Below the pieces are notes generated by a model. It was not told where the DNA came from. It saw only the letters and a list, made by a program, of their open reading frames with translations, and made no database searches. From the NCBI GenBank assembly GCA_047947115.1, contig CP170459.1, positions 4,800,001 to 4,864,000 on the forward strand: DNA of 64,000 nucleotides, in the 5' to 3' direction. Made by a program: the position numbers and the translations under genes. Position 1 is the stretch's first letter; the number at the start of each line of letters is the position of its first letter. Positions 48,403 through 63,638 of this stretch are shown piece by piece. Source of the DNA: Verrucomicrobiota bacterium (GTDB lineage Bacteria; Verrucomicrobiota; Verrucomicrobiia; Limisphaerales; AAA164-E04).

Positions 48403-48425
48403 GGCTGTCAAAAATCAACCGGAGC

Positions 48426-49220
48426 TCAGATTTGTGAGTAGGATGCGGGCACCAAATAGGTCTGGTGAATTTTGGAGACGGTGCCTTTGTAGCGTTCCAC
48501 TTGACGCAGTTCCTGCCAGCCCGGATCTTTGCCGAATCGATCCCAGGCGGCTTTGCGTTCTTCCATGTCTTTGTAGGCCACCATGTAGGTCAGGTTCGGA
48601 AGGCCAGGTCCGGTGAGGGCTTCGCCACAGAAGACACTGTCGAGGCCCACTCGTTCGAAGATGTCAAATTCTCCGCTGTTGAACATCTCCACTTTCAGAG
48701 CGGCTTTCATTTCATTGTGACTTTCATAGACACGAAGTTCAAAAATACGATCCCCCGTGCGCGGAATTTTCACATCCGGATAATCATCGAATGGTCTGAA
48801 CAAGGAAGATTCAATTCGGGTATAGGAAGGATTCTTCTGCGGGGTGGACAGATACTCTTGCGCGTCATTGAGAAACGTGCCGTCAGAACCCAAGGTGCGC
48901 CGGATGTTGTAATAGTCCTCAAATGTCGGATAAGGAATCAAGGCATAGACCGAATGATCGGTTTCCCCCTCTTTTGCCTGGGGATAGAATACTCCAAGCG
49001 GCTTGATCCCGAGACGGTTCAAGGCAGGAATCGCCGCATGCTGCAAATGTCGGTCAACGATCCCGCGTCCTTCGGCCGTTTCAATATTCCATTTTCGGAA
49101 CTCAAGCACGGCAGGGCTTTTGGCTCCTGTTTTGGACGCGGCATGCAGTGGATTGGATTGGGTGATGCCCGCGGTGACAGCTGTCGCGGCGGCGGTTTGT
49201 AAAAATGTTCTTCTGTTCAT
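48426..49220 (-). CDS. Tat-exported NIPSNAP family protein
   Basis: MNRRTFL Tat signal; IFELRVYES, KVEMFN.GE, PNLTYM, YSQI. Confidence 0.9.
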   Translation of the reverse strand: MNRRTFLQTAAATAVTAGITQSNPLHAASKTGAKSPAVLEFRKWNIETAEGRGIVDRHLQHAAIPALNRLGIKPLGVFYPQAKEGETDHSVYALIPYPTFEDYYNIRRTLGSDGTFLNDAQEYLSTPQKNPSYTRIESSLFRPFDDYPDVKIPRTGDRIFELRVYESHNEMKAALKVEMFNSGEFDIFERVGLDSVFCGEALTGPGLPNLTYMVAYKDMEERKAAWDRFGKDPGWQELRQVERYKGTVSKIHQTYLVPASYSQI

Positions 49221-49508
49221 GATGACTGGTTGTTGTTTCTTATACGGTTTTACGGAAGAAAAACAAGCTCACAAAACACCTCCCAACCCAATTACGATGT
49301 GATTCAAAAAAGATGCTTAACGGACCAGGTCGCCTCCCTCGCCCTCATTGTCGCAAATAAGTCACAATTCTGTAACCTTCCAAGGCGGCGCTCCGTCTCA
49401 TCAGATTGTTCAAAGGGTAAAAAAATTCGGATCGGTATCTTGGCGAAGTGGGCAAATGGAATTTCCATTCCAATGCACTGGCTCGGAAGCATCAAAAGCA
49501 CCATCCGC

Positions 49509-52001
49509 ATGAAATTGATTATGTTATATTTAAGAAAAAAAGTCTCCGGGCGCGTCAGTGCTGCGGCATGTGTCATGGCAGCTACTGCGGGTTTCCTGCT
49601 GGCTCAGGTCAGTGAAGATTCCAAAACTCCGGTGCGAGCAGGCCAGGAAGCGTTTGATCTGGATGGAGATGGATTCCTGAACACCCAGGAAAAGCTGACG
49701 ATGATCCAAAAAACTATCGCTTCGTCAGGCGTTGATTTGATTGAGCCGGGTCAACAACAACCCTTTGGCCCTGGTCCGGGTGGTCCGGGTGGTCCGGGTG
49801 GTCCCGGTGGTCCGGTGGGCGGGGGCAAAACACCCCTTGTTGCACAGTTTGACGAAGATGGGGATGGCAAACTCAACAAGAAAGAGAGAGCCGAAGCTCG
49901 CATCGCTGCAAAGGAAAATCCAGGCGGACGTGGAGGTCCGGGCGGCAGAGGACGTTTCGGAGGCCGTGGACGCGGACAAGAATCCCGCACACCTCAGGCT
50001 GGGCAAGCGATGTCACCTGATCAGGTAACGCATTATCCGGATGCGGATTTATACGACCCGACCATTATCAGAACCATTTTCCTGACTTTTGAAAATGCAG
50101 ATTGGGAATCCGAACTGAAAGATTTCTACCGGACAGACGTCGAGGTTCCGGCTTCGATGAATGTGGACGGACAAGATTACGCCACCGTCGGGGTACGCTT
50201 TCGGGGCAACACTTCCAGCAGCAGAGTGCCCGACGGGTTCAAAAAATCGCTGAACCTCACCATCGATTACGAGAAAGGAAAACAGCGACTTTATGGCTAT
50301 ATAACCCTGAACCTGCTCAACGCCCACACAGATGCGTCCATGATGCATGAAGTGTTGTTTTCACACATCGCAAAGGAGTACATGCCATCTCTGAAGGCAA
50401 ATTATGTTCGCGTGGTGATCAATGGAGAAAGCTGGGGGTTGTATGTGAATTCCCAACAATTCAACAAAGAATTCCTGGAAGAAACCTTTGACACTCGCGG
50501 TGGCGTCCGATGGAAAAAAGCGGCGGATACCATGCGAGGCGGCGGTTTGATGTATGCAGGAAATGATATCTCAAGTTACGAAGGTCAGTATCAAATGAAA
50601 ACAGACTTGGAAGACCCCTCTTCGGCGTGGAACTCGCTGATCAACTTCACGCGCACCTTGGCGGAAGCGCCGGTTGAAAACCTGGAGGAAGCGCTGGATC
50701 CCTACCTCGACATTGACGGCGCCCTCTGGTTCCTGGCAATGGAAAATGTACTGATCGACAATGATGGTTATTGGATCCGGGCAAGCGATTTCAATTTTTA
50801 TCAGGATCCCGACGGACGTTTTCACATGGTGGCGCACGACAATAATGAAACCTTCAACAATCCCGGTGGACCCGGTTTCGGCAGGGATTCGGTGTCCGGT
50901 CTCGAACTGGATCCATTGTTTGGAATGGGACAGGAAAACAAACCGCTGTTGCGCATCCTTGAAAACCCGACCCTGCAGGCCCGTTATCTGGCGCATGTCA
51001 AAACCATCGCCGAAGAATGGTTGAACTGGGACAAGGCAGGTCCGGTGATCGAATCCTACAAAAAACTGATTCAGGATGATGTTCGACTCGACACCCGCCA
51101 TGAGGAAACCTATGAACAGTTCCTGGCAAGCTTCACCAACCGCTCTGAAGAAAGCCCGGGCATTGGATCTCCTGACTTGAAATCATTCATCGAAGAACGA
51201 GGCACATACCTGCTGAGCCATGAAAAGGTCGCAAGACCGGCCGCCACCATCGAGTCGGTGCGCGTATCGCCCCCTGTTCAAGACGAAAATGACCTGGGAC
51301 GATGGGAACTCCAAACCACGGTGCACGCCAAAGTGTCCGACCCCGAAAATGCATTGGACACCCTGGTGCTCTACACGAGCACCGATCCGATGAAACCTTT
51401 CCAACGCACCGAAATGCAACCCAGGCATGATGGCTCTTTCGAGGCAACCCTCACCAAGCTGCCTCCCGGAAAAAAACTCCATTACTATGTGGAAGCAAGA
51501 GGCATCCCCAACAAGACCGGTTCATCCTATTATCCCCGGACAGCGTCTTACAACGCGCTCCAGGTGGATCTCTTTCCAGCTGACACGGGGCATGGCGGAT
51601 TGGTTATCAGCGAAATCATGTCATCCAACACCGCGACCATTCAGGATCCGCAAGGTGATTACGATGACTGGATTGAAATCCACAACACGACCAGCGCCCC
51701 GATCGACCTCTCGGATTTCTTCCTGAGCGACAACGCATCGCGTCCCCTCAAATGGCAGTTTCCGGAAGGCACACGCATCGGCGCGGGAGAACGTTTATTG
51801 GTCTGGGCGGACGAAGATGGCAAGGCCAAGGGGGGCTTGCACGCCAACTTCAAACTGTCCGGCAAAGGTGAAAACATCATCCTGGCTCAACGTAAAAGCG
51901 GGGTCACAAGCGTCATCGATTTCCTGGCTTTCGAGGATCTGAAAAAAGATGAATCCATCAGCAAAACAGGCCGATCCGCCGCACCGACCCCAGGCCAATA
52001 A
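49509..52001 (+). CDS. CotH kinase family protein with EF-hands, Gly/Pro linkers and a lamin-tail domain
   Basis: DLDGDGFLN; VGVRFRGNTS; HDNNETF; VISEIMSSN...DWIEIHN; start uncertain. Confidence 0.88.
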   Translation: MKLIMLYLRKKVSGRVSAAACVMAATAGFLLAQVSEDSKTPVRAGQEAFDLDGDGFLNTQEKLTMIQKTIASSGVDLIEPGQQQPFGPGPGGPGGPGGPGGPVGGGKTPLVAQFDEDGDGKLNKKERAEARIAAKENPGGRGGPGGRGRFGGRGRGQESRTPQAGQAMSPDQVTHYPDADLYDPTIIRTIFLTFENADWESELKDFYRTDVEVPASMNVDGQDYATVGVRFRGNTSSSRVPDGFKKSLNLTIDYEKGKQRLYGYITLNLLNAHTDASMMHEVLFSHIAKEYMPSLKANYVRVVINGESWGLYVNSQQFNKEFLEETFDTRGGVRWKKAADTMRGGGLMYAGNDISSYEGQYQMKTDLEDPSSAWNSLINFTRTLAEAPVENLEEALDPYLDIDGALWFLAMENVLIDNDGYWIRASDFNFYQDPDGRFHMVAHDNNETFNNPGGPGFGRDSVSGLELDPLFGMGQENKPLLRILENPTLQARYLAHVKTIAEEWLNWDKAGPVIESYKKLIQDDVRLDTRHEETYEQFLASFTNRSEESPGIGSPDLKSFIEERGTYLLSHEKVARPAATIESVRVSPPVQDENDLGRWELQTTVHAKVSDPENALDTLVLYTSTDPMKPFQRTEMQPRHDGSFEATLTKLPPGKKLHYYVEARGIPNKTGSSYYPRTASYNALQVDLFPADTGHGGLVISEIMSSNTATIQDPQGDYDDWIEIHNTTSAPIDLSDFFLSDNASRPLKWQFPEGTRIGAGERLLVWADEDGKAKGGLHANFKLSGKGENIILAQRKSGVTSVIDFLAFEDLKKDESISKTGRSAAPTPGQ

Positions 52002-52079
52002 TCGAATTAAATGGTAAGCTATATTTTATCCTCGACTTGATCTGTCTTTGCCGGTGTCATTTTTGTGGTTTTGGTAGGG

Positions 52080-53213
52080 ATGGAAAACAGCGCAGCCACA
52101 ATTCGCCTGAACGATGAGGTCTCTGACACATTGAGACTGATCATCGAAGGGGAATTGCGCACAGAATCGATCGCAAGCACATGGGGACAGGCACGCCAAC
52201 AACTCCTGCGAGCCAAAAACAGCCAGGTCGTGATTGATGCTAAAGGTGTCAATTACTGTGACGGGACAGGGATCGCCATGCTGGCAGATTTGTTATTGGA
52301 ATCTCACCGGTCTCCTGCTCTCAAAATAACACTCGAAGGACTCCGGCCACCCTTTCAACTGCTGCTCGACCAGTTTGACCTCGAACATTTCAAACCATCC
52401 CCCGATCCCAAACCCGAATGCCTGCCGATCGCAGAAGAAGTGGGAAAAACAACGTTTGGGATTCTCAAGGATTTGAAATGGGTGATCCAATTCGTTGGTG
52501 AAAGTACACACGGACTGGCCCTCGCGATGAGGCATCCATCGTCCGTACGCTGGAAGGACGCGATCTGGACCATGGAAACCGCCGGGGTCAACGCTCTTCC
52601 CATTGTATGCCTGATCTGTTTCCTCATCGGTTTGATCATGGCATTTCAATCAGCGATCCCTCTCAAACAATTCGCCGCGGAACTGTTCATCGCCAATCTG
52701 GTCAGTGTCGCCATGCTCCGGGAACTGGGTCCATTGATGACCGCGATCCTGCTGGCCGGACGTTCGGGCTCCGCTTTTGCCGCTGAGATCGGCACCATGA
52801 AGGTCAACGAGGAGATCAATGCTTTGCAAACGATGGGACTGAACCCCGTTCGCTTCCTGGCCATCCCCCGCATTCTGGGAGCGGTCGCGGTCACGCCTCT
52901 GCTCACATTGTTTGCCAATTTCATGGGGCTGGTGGGTGGCTGGGTGGTTTATCTGTCCCTGGGATTCCCGACCATCGTCTATGTCAACCAGATCCGGACG
53001 GCCGTCACGCTGACCGATTTATGGGGAGGACTCTTCAAAGCGGCGGTTTTTGGTCTGTTGGTCGCGGGCATCGGATGTCTTCGCGGACTTCAAACCCGCA
53101 TCGGAGCCAGCGCAGTGGGTCTGTCCACCACCCGGGCGGTCGTCAGTGGAATCGTGTTGATCGTCATCGCGGACGGCGTGTTTTCCGTCCTGTATTACCT
53201 GCTCGGCATATGA
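52080..53213 (+). CDS. MlaE-family ABC permease with an N-terminal STAS domain
   Basis: RELGPLMTAILLAGRSGSAFAAEIGTMKVNEEI. Confidence 0.92.
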   Translation: MENSAATIRLNDEVSDTLRLIIEGELRTESIASTWGQARQQLLRAKNSQVVIDAKGVNYCDGTGIAMLADLLLESHRSPALKITLEGLRPPFQLLLDQFDLEHFKPSPDPKPECLPIAEEVGKTTFGILKDLKWVIQFVGESTHGLALAMRHPSSVRWKDAIWTMETAGVNALPIVCLICFLIGLIMAFQSAIPLKQFAAELFIANLVSVAMLRELGPLMTAILLAGRSGSAFAAEIGTMKVNEEINALQTMGLNPVRFLAIPRILGAVAVTPLLTLFANFMGLVGGWVVYLSLGFPTIVYVNQIRTAVTLTDLWGGLFKAAVFGLLVAGIGCLRGLQTRIGASAVGLSTTRAVVSGIVLIVIADGVFSVLYYLLGI

Positions 53214-54007
53214 CATCCACTCCTCCAAACGTGATACAAGTAACGAGCTTGAAATGTGCGTATGAGGATGCCGTGATCCTGAAGGATGTGGATTTCTCAG
53301 TCAGAAAAGGCGAGGTCTTTGTCATCCTGGGCGGTTCCGGATGCGGTAAAAGCACCCTTCTGAAACACCTGATCGGTCTCTATCCGCCGGCCAATGGAAC
53401 CATCCTGATTTCAGGAAGAGACATCGCCCATGCAACCGAACGGGAACATGTCGAAATTCTGAAAAACATCGGGGTCATGTATCAGAGCGGCGCCTTGTTC
53501 GGTTCCATGTCCTTGCTGGAAAATGTCCGACTTCCGTTGGAGGAGCACACCGATCTGGATGTACATGCCATGAATCTGATCGCACACATGAAATTATCAC
53601 TTGTGGGATTGGGAGACTACATCAAACACTACCCTTCGGAGATCAGTGGCGGCATGCAAAAGCGGGCAGCGATCGCACGTGCCATGGCTCTGGATCCAGA
53701 GATTCTCTTTCTGGACGAACCTTCAGCCGGACTGGACCCCATCACCTCCGCGGAACTGGATGCATTGATACGCCGCCTAGCAGAAAGTCTTGGCATCACG
53801 TGTGTCATTGTTTCCCACGAGCTGGCCAGTATTTTTGCCATCGCGGACCGGGTGATCATGCTGGATCGCGAGACCAGGGGAATCATTGCCGACGGGGATC
53901 CTAAAACCTTGCGGGAGTCCCATCCCAATGCGAAAGTGCGCGAGTTCTTTAATCGAGGTCAACTGGACCGGGGCGCGCCGGCGATAAAAGAGACCAGGAC
54001 AACATGA
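53210..54007 (+). CDS. MlaF-family ABC ATP-binding protein
   Basis: GGSGCGKS, ISGGMQKR, DEPSAGLDP; ATGA overlap. Confidence 0.94.
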   Translation: MTSTPPNVIQVTSLKCAYEDAVILKDVDFSVRKGEVFVILGGSGCGKSTLLKHLIGLYPPANGTILISGRDIAHATEREHVEILKNIGVMYQSGALFGSMSLLENVRLPLEEHTDLDVHAMNLIAHMKLSLVGLGDYIKHYPSEISGGMQKRAAIARAMALDPEILFLDEPSAGLDPITSAELDALIRRLAESLGITCVIVSHELASIFAIADRVIMLDRETRGIIADGDPKTLRESHPNAKVREFFNRGQLDRGAPAIKETRTT

Positions 54008-54981
54008 GCAGCAAAGCAAACTATTTCAAACTGGGGCTGTTTGTCATCGGGGCGGCGGCATTGGCCATCGGAGCCATCCTGACGATGAGCATCGGATCCA
54101 TGTTCGAAGACCATCCCGTTTTCGAGACTTATCTGGATCAATCGGTGCATGGTGTGGACCTCGGCACGACGGTGAAATTCCGGGGTGTTCCCATCGGGAA
54201 TGTCAAGGCGATTGACTTCACCCGCAGCGTCTATGAATCCGACAAGCCGATGGAGCAGCGCAAACCCTATGTACGCATCCTGGTATCCCTCGAGCAGGAC
54301 ATCTTTGAAACCGCCAGCACGCCGCAGCAAACGCTCATGCAACGTGAAGTGGAACGCGGATTGCGCGTCCGCATGGCCAGCGTGGGGCTAACTGGAACAT
54401 CCTATATTGAGCTCGACTATCTGGACACTGATTCCAACCCGCCTCTTGAAATCGATTGGACGCCCCAAAACGTCTACATCCCCTCTGCGGGCAGTTCCTT
54501 CACGCGCATCGTCAGCGCTGCCGAGGAAGTATTTCGAAAACTGGAAAATGTCGATATGGAGGGGTTGGTCGACAACGTGAACGGCCTGTTTTCAGTGGCC
54601 AAAATCAAACTCGAAAACACGAACCTCGAATCCATCGGCGGCAACCTGGATCAGTTGTTGAAGGAATTGCGCACCACCAATCAGGAAATTCAAAAACTGC
54701 TGACCGAACTCGATCTCCCCACCATCTCAAGCGAAACACAAAAAGCGCTGGCCTCGATGCAATCCCTGTTTGATGATCCCAAACTCAAGGACACCATCGG
54801 GGAATTGCACGATGCCCTGGAAAACCTCAACCGCCTGACTGGGGGCAACCAAGGACGCATTGGACTGGTGCTCGACAACCTGCGCGCCTTGACGAACAAC
54901 CTGAAATCCATCACGGAAAACGCCAAGAACTACCCCAGTCAATTGCTCTTCGGCGATCCCCCGCCCAATCGAAAGCCATAA
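54004..54981 (+). CDS. MlaD/MCE-domain protein
   Basis: N-terminal anchor; SVHGVDLGTTVKFRGVPIGNV; GLTG..YIEL; helical tail. Confidence 0.92.
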   Translation: MSSKANYFKLGLFVIGAAALAIGAILTMSIGSMFEDHPVFETYLDQSVHGVDLGTTVKFRGVPIGNVKAIDFTRSVYESDKPMEQRKPYVRILVSLEQDIFETASTPQQTLMQREVERGLRVRMASVGLTGTSYIELDYLDTDSNPPLEIDWTPQNVYIPSAGSSFTRIVSAAEEVFRKLENVDMEGLVDNVNGLFSVAKIKLENTNLESIGGNLDQLLKELRTTNQEIQKLLTELDLPTISSETQKALASMQSLFDDPKLKDTIGELHDALENLNRLTGGNQGRIGLVLDNLRALTNNLKSITENAKNYPSQLLFGDPPPNRKP

Positions 54982-54996
54982 CGATTGTTTCCCGAC

Positions 54997-55650
54997 ATGA
55001 AAAAAACGCTCAACCTTATATGGATACTTGTCCCGACACTCCTCATCGTGATGTCTGCCGGGTGCGCGCTCAACAAGCCATATCCGAACAAGTCCTATCA
55101 CCTCCCGCACATCGAATCACCTGGAAGAGCAGCGACAGAACCACCTACTTTCCCCCACCGCATCAAAGTGCGGAACCTCAGAGTGGAATCTCCCTTTGAA
55201 GGCAAATCATTCGTGTACCGATTGGGAGACGATCAATGGACGACGGATTTCTATCACGAATGGTTCACCTTCCCCAGAGACATCCTTACCGAGAACTGCG
55301 TGGCCTACCTGACTCACAAAAGCAGCTTCGGACTCATCTCCACGGAAGATAGCCTGGTAGACGCCGCTTATTATCTGGAAGGCACATTGAACTCATTCCA
55401 CCAAGACAGGAGAAACGCGCAGTCCATGAACGCCGTGGTGAGGACTCGATGGGTTTTGATTCCGAACAAGCCATTGTCCAATGCCATGGAGAAAACCCTG
55501 TTGTGGTCAAAAGAGTTCGATGTGCACGTCCCATGCAAAACCGATACCCCGCAAGCCTTCGCCGTGGCAATGGCAACTGCCATGGAACAAACCTTCGAAT
55601 CTTTGGACACAGAACTCATCAACCATTTCAAACCACCCGTTGTGAAATGA
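54997..55650 (+). CDS. PqiC-like ABC auxiliary lipoprotein
   Basis: Lipobox SAGC; FVYR...DFYHEW; last gene of the Mla-like operon. Confidence 0.8.
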   Translation: MKKTLNLIWILVPTLLIVMSAGCALNKPYPNKSYHLPHIESPGRAATEPPTFPHRIKVRNLRVESPFEGKSFVYRLGDDQWTTDFYHEWFTFPRDILTENCVAYLTHKSSFGLISTEDSLVDAAYYLEGTLNSFHQDRRNAQSMNAVVRTRWVLIPNKPLSNAMEKTLLWSKEFDVHVPCKTDTPQAFAVAMATAMEQTFESLDTELINHFKPPVVK

Positions 55651-55696
55651 CGAGAACATGCGTTCGGCATCGAATCCGGCCATCCGGATTCCCGGC

Positions 55697-57058
55697 TTAG
55701 TCAACAGCCGATTCAAAGATCATCAATCCGCGGAAGTCATGATACATCCCCTTCCAGACATTCGCTTTTCCTGATTGCAAAACTTCGCCTTCCGCAGAGA
55801 CCGAACTGTACCAAATACCATCTTTCGGATCGATCATATGCGACTCCAGAAATTCGACGGTTTGTCGCAGTGGCCTGGAAACATGAGCAGTCAATGGCCC
55901 CTGATAAGCATAAGCCAATGCAGCCACCATTTCAGACTGACACCACCAGACTTTGTTCTGGTCATGCGCTTTCGTTTTGGGCATTCCCAAGTTATAAATT
56001 CCACCCCGTTGATGATCGAATCCATAGCGCAAAGAATGATCAATGTGCGCCTTGAAATGGCCCCAATCCAAAGGTTCACCCAGAACCTCCTGAGCCCTGA
56101 GCATCAGCCAGGCAAACTCAACATTGTGCCCATAGGATATCCCGTCGCTACGACCTCCGCTGACGCGCTGCCAGTCGGGCGTCTGATGAAAGGAGGATGC
56201 GTCCGGATCAAGCGGGTAAAAATACCGGCGGTTGATTTCCAAAGATTCTTTCAAGGCTCGCCGCACCTCGCTGGATTGGGTCACTTCATGAAGCTCTGCC
56301 AAAGCTTCCATCCAATGCAAATGGGCATTGCCGCTCTTGTGCCCGGTCAATTCCACATATGCTCCCTCGGCAGGACTTTGAATCCAGGTCCAATCGGGTT
56401 CAAAATGTTCGAACCAACCGCCATGTTCTTCGTCATAGGCATGTTTTTGCAAGGTATGGAAGAGTTCCACAGCCTGATTGATCGCCTGTGTTTCGCCGGA
56501 GGCACGATAATACTCCACCAGCGCATAAATCACAAACGCCTGACCGTAGAACAGTTTCTTGTCATTTGTCACACTCCCCGACCGATCCGTGCTCCAGTAA
56601 AATCCACCGTGCGTCCGGTCGTAGAAACGATCCATCAGAAAAGCATAACCCTGACGCGCCGCTTCGAGGTAGGATACCGAATCCGATCGGAACCCTTTGT
56701 TCCAGGCGTGGGCAAACCCCCAGATCATACGGCTCTGGGTCACCAGTTGCTTCTCGATCTGGTCTTTGGATCCTGAATGGGGATCCGCCAGGAGATAACC
56801 CCCATGAGCCTCATCCACGGTAGTTCGATACCAATAAGGCAAGACCTTTTCTTCCAGGATCCACCGGTGCTTTTGAGCGAGGGTTTGCAATACGGTTGCG
56901 TCCTCGTCGGCTGAAACAGCGCACGTATTTAAAAACATCAAGGCGACCATGAGGTGACAGATTGGGTTGATTTTTACAGGCATCATTTTCGTTGGGTTGA
57001 GTTGACTCGAACCAGGAAACATGGATTTGTGATAAACCATCCGGTCCACCCGGTTCAT
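55697..57058 (-). CDS. AGE family epimerase (cellobiose / N-acylglucosamine 2-epimerase-like), probably secreted
   Basis: QSRMIW, YGQAF..YAL, NAHLHWMEA, YGHNVEFAW, WWCQSE, WK..YH; start uncertain. Confidence 0.9.
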   Translation of the reverse strand: MNRVDRMVYHKSMFPGSSQLNPTKMMPVKINPICHLMVALMFLNTCAVSADEDATVLQTLAQKHRWILEEKVLPYWYRTTVDEAHGGYLLADPHSGSKDQIEKQLVTQSRMIWGFAHAWNKGFRSDSVSYLEAARQGYAFLMDRFYDRTHGGFYWSTDRSGSVTNDKKLFYGQAFVIYALVEYYRASGETQAINQAVELFHTLQKHAYDEEHGGWFEHFEPDWTWIQSPAEGAYVELTGHKSGNAHLHWMEALAELHEVTQSSEVRRALKESLEINRRYFYPLDPDASSFHQTPDWQRVSGGRSDGISYGHNVEFAWLMLRAQEVLGEPLDWGHFKAHIDHSLRYGFDHQRGGIYNLGMPKTKAHDQNKVWWCQSEMVAALAYAYQGPLTAHVSRPLRQTVEFLESHMIDPKDGIWYSSVSAEGEVLQSGKANVWKGMYHDFRGLMIFESAVD

Positions 57059-57072
57059 CTTTTCAAAAAAAC

Positions 57073-61101
<4,029 letters not shown>

Positions 61102-61520
61102 GGCTGCACGATAGCCAAGAGCCGATTTGAATTGAAGCCTGAATATTCCCTCACCAGGCACCGCAAAACCCCCTGTTTTGATTGATTGCCAACCCGGCCC
61201 GGCCAGTCAATGAGTATTCCGACATACCCGATCAGGAACAGGTGGGTGTTGATGAATCCTGGAAGCGCTTGTGGCTGCACGGGAGTCAGTTCAACGTGGA
61301 GACCTTCTTATTCAGTCGACGTCACATGAGAGGGTGCTGTTACCTTGGGCATGACCAACAATGGAGTAGATACCATCCATCCACTCTGTGTCGCGACAGA
61401 AGTCAAATTGTGATGAATCCGTCTGCCCGCATGATGTAAGTCGCGTCATTTATGCATTGCGGCATGACGCCGTGTTCCACCAATATTAACAAAATTCCAA
61501 TCTGGTAAGCTAACAGGACA

Positions 61521-62195
61521 ATGAATTCCGAACAGAACAAACCTCAAATATTAGAATCGATCATTCGTGCGCGGAAAACCGATAAGATTACATGTGAAGT
61601 AGAGGATCGGCGCCCGGTTCCCGACGAACGACAACAGCATGGCAACGCAATCGTTCTTCACTCGCTCGAAGTGGCGGGATGGGCTCCGTTTCATTATCCA
61701 TCAAACGATAAAAACATTCACGAACCCTGGAGAGCTTATGTTTTGTGGGATGAAAAAGTTTCAAACCTTCTCCGTGAACTAACAAACGAACACAGATTCA
61801 AGCAGAGCAAACTACAAAAACTCACCGCTGCATGCAGCGCCTTGGTATTGGTCACCTGGATACCAGAGCAGAGGACTGAAATCAAAGAAGAGAACAGAAA
61901 TATCATCAACGAAGAGAACCTGGCAGCCGCTGCCGCCATGGTTCAAAATTTTCTGTTGATGTTGACCGCACACGGCATGAGGAACTATTGGTCGAGTGGT
62001 GGTGATCTCGGTAAACCGGACGTCTTTGAACTCCTGGGGATCCCCAAACAAGAACGGCTCATTGCCGCTGTTTTCATCGACTATAACCACATGAAGGACC
62101 TCCAACCGTACAAAACCTGCGCCCCGGGCAAACATCGGGATAAAAGAACGACCAACTGGATCCAACAAAGCCGCATCCATTCAAAAAGCCATTGA
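61521..62195 (+). CDS. Nitroreductase family protein
   Basis: IRARKT.K, WAPFH, EPWR, AAAAMVQNFLL.LTA.G...YWSSG. Confidence 0.85.
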   Translation: MNSEQNKPQILESIIRARKTDKITCEVEDRRPVPDERQQHGNAIVLHSLEVAGWAPFHYPSNDKNIHEPWRAYVLWDEKVSNLLRELTNEHRFKQSKLQKLTAACSALVLVTWIPEQRTEIKEENRNIINEENLAAAAAMVQNFLLMLTAHGMRNYWSSGGDLGKPDVFELLGIPKQERLIAAVFIDYNHMKDLQPYKTCAPGKHRDKRTTNWIQQSRIHSKSH

Positions 62196-62676
62196 AACAT
62201 TGAGAGCCCTAACCCAGAAATCCTGCATCTTAGTGCCTTGGTTAGTTTGTGTGAGAAAACATCACTTTGCATGATGGCGGGCCAAGGACTAATCTTTACA
62301 TGACCAATGGTGTTCTGCTCATCGGACCAATCATTTGTTGGTTCATGTCAAGCATCTTGAAACATTCACAAGCCAAACTCGATCTTATTATGGGCAAAAT
62401 GCTCCCAAAAGATCATCCAGCAGTGATTGTGAATTCCCTGACACATCAAGATCGAAACAAAAGAAAATTCAACGGTCAACTGATCCCCGCCTTCTGCTGC
62501 TGAGTTTTAACCATTGCCTGTTATACTGCGGTACTAAGTCAATTCGTATCAAATATAATGACACACCCACCTGCGTGGAACCTGCACCCACAACCACAAC
62601 CAGGCACCCGTGGATTTGAACGTGTTTGAATATTGCCAAAATGCCCCCTGAACAGTGCTGCAAGCGCCAGCCCCCA

Positions 62677-62708
62677 CTTTGTGTCCTCGTGCCTTTGTGT
62701 GAGAAAAA
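62677..62708 (+). repeat. REP-like short repeat; related copies at 62229-62259, 63713-63744 (minus strand) and 63884-63923
   Basis: Approximate consensus CT(T/C)TG(T/C)GTC..CG(T/C)GCCTTTG(T/C)G.GAGAAAAA. Confidence 0.65.
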
Positions 62709-62711
62709 ATA

Positions 62712-63305
62712 AATGTTGGCGTCCTGAAAGGTTCCCGTATAGCTCACATGGCGCCTCCACACGAAAGGGTTCCCCACTTGATGAAAGATCTTTTTGCATT
62801 CATCAAAAAAGACAAACACCACGCACTCATAAAAAGCGCCGTGTTCCATTACGAACTGGAGTTTATCCATCCGTTCGAAGAAGGCAATGGAAGGATCGGT
62901 CGGTTTTGGCATAGCTTGTTGCTATTCCATTATCATCCCGCATTTGAATTTGCGCCAATCGAGTCACTGATCAAAACCCATCAAACGGAATACTACAAGG
63001 TGTTGAGATTGTCGGACAAGGCAGGTGATTCGACCATGTTCATCGAATTCTCTCTCCATATCGTCAGACAAGCATTTACCGAATTCATCGAAGCACTGAG
63101 ACCCGGCCCAGCCACCCCACAATCACGCTTGGAATTGGCAAAAGCCCATTTTGCCGCGAGACATTTTTCTCGAAAAGATTACCTAAGACTGTTCAAAACG
63201 ATTTCATCGGCGACCGCGAATAGAGACTTAAAAACAGCCGTAACAAAAGGCAATCTTCAAAAAACCGGTAACAAAGCACGAACAAGATTCCAATTCAAAC
63301 CCTGA
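62712..63305 (+). pseudogene. 5'-truncated Fic family protein
   Basis: IHPFEEGNGRIGR Fic motif and C-terminal HTH (SATANRDL); the Fic-like frame begins right after a REP-like repeat. Confidence 0.75.
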
Positions 63306-63563
63306 AAAAAGGTGATTGGGACTTGTATCTGTCTATGTTCGCTCTGTCTTGGGGATCTAGTCTCGATAGTCCTCATTTGGACCGCATTAATGTTGTCATC
63401 CTATGCTTTCTCGGTCCCATGCTGTCGAAAGCCCCCCAAACATGAATGATAAGAATCTTGTTCCGGATTCAAATATTGAACATCGAGACTTGACCCTACC
63501 ACCTATTTTTTGTGGCTGTTTTGTGGCTAGCCGGCTAGAAACATCGCAACTTGCTGATAATGA

Positions 63564-63638
63564 TGGTGCACGCTGCAGGGTTCGAACCTGCGACACCTGC
63601 CGTGTGAAGGCAGTGCTCTACCACTGAGCTAAGCGTGC
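63564..63638 (-). tRNA. tRNA-Val (CAC)
   Basis: GCACGCTTAGCTCAGTGGTAGAGCACTGCCTTCACACGGCAGGTGTCGCAGGTTCGAACCCTGCAGCGTGCACCA folds into a cloverleaf with encoded CCA. Confidence 0.97.

Noticed and set aside
49773..49815. GGTCCGGGT 9-bp tandem repeat as a phase-variation tract
   Set aside because: In-frame Gly-Pro-Gly linker; copy changes would not shift the frame.
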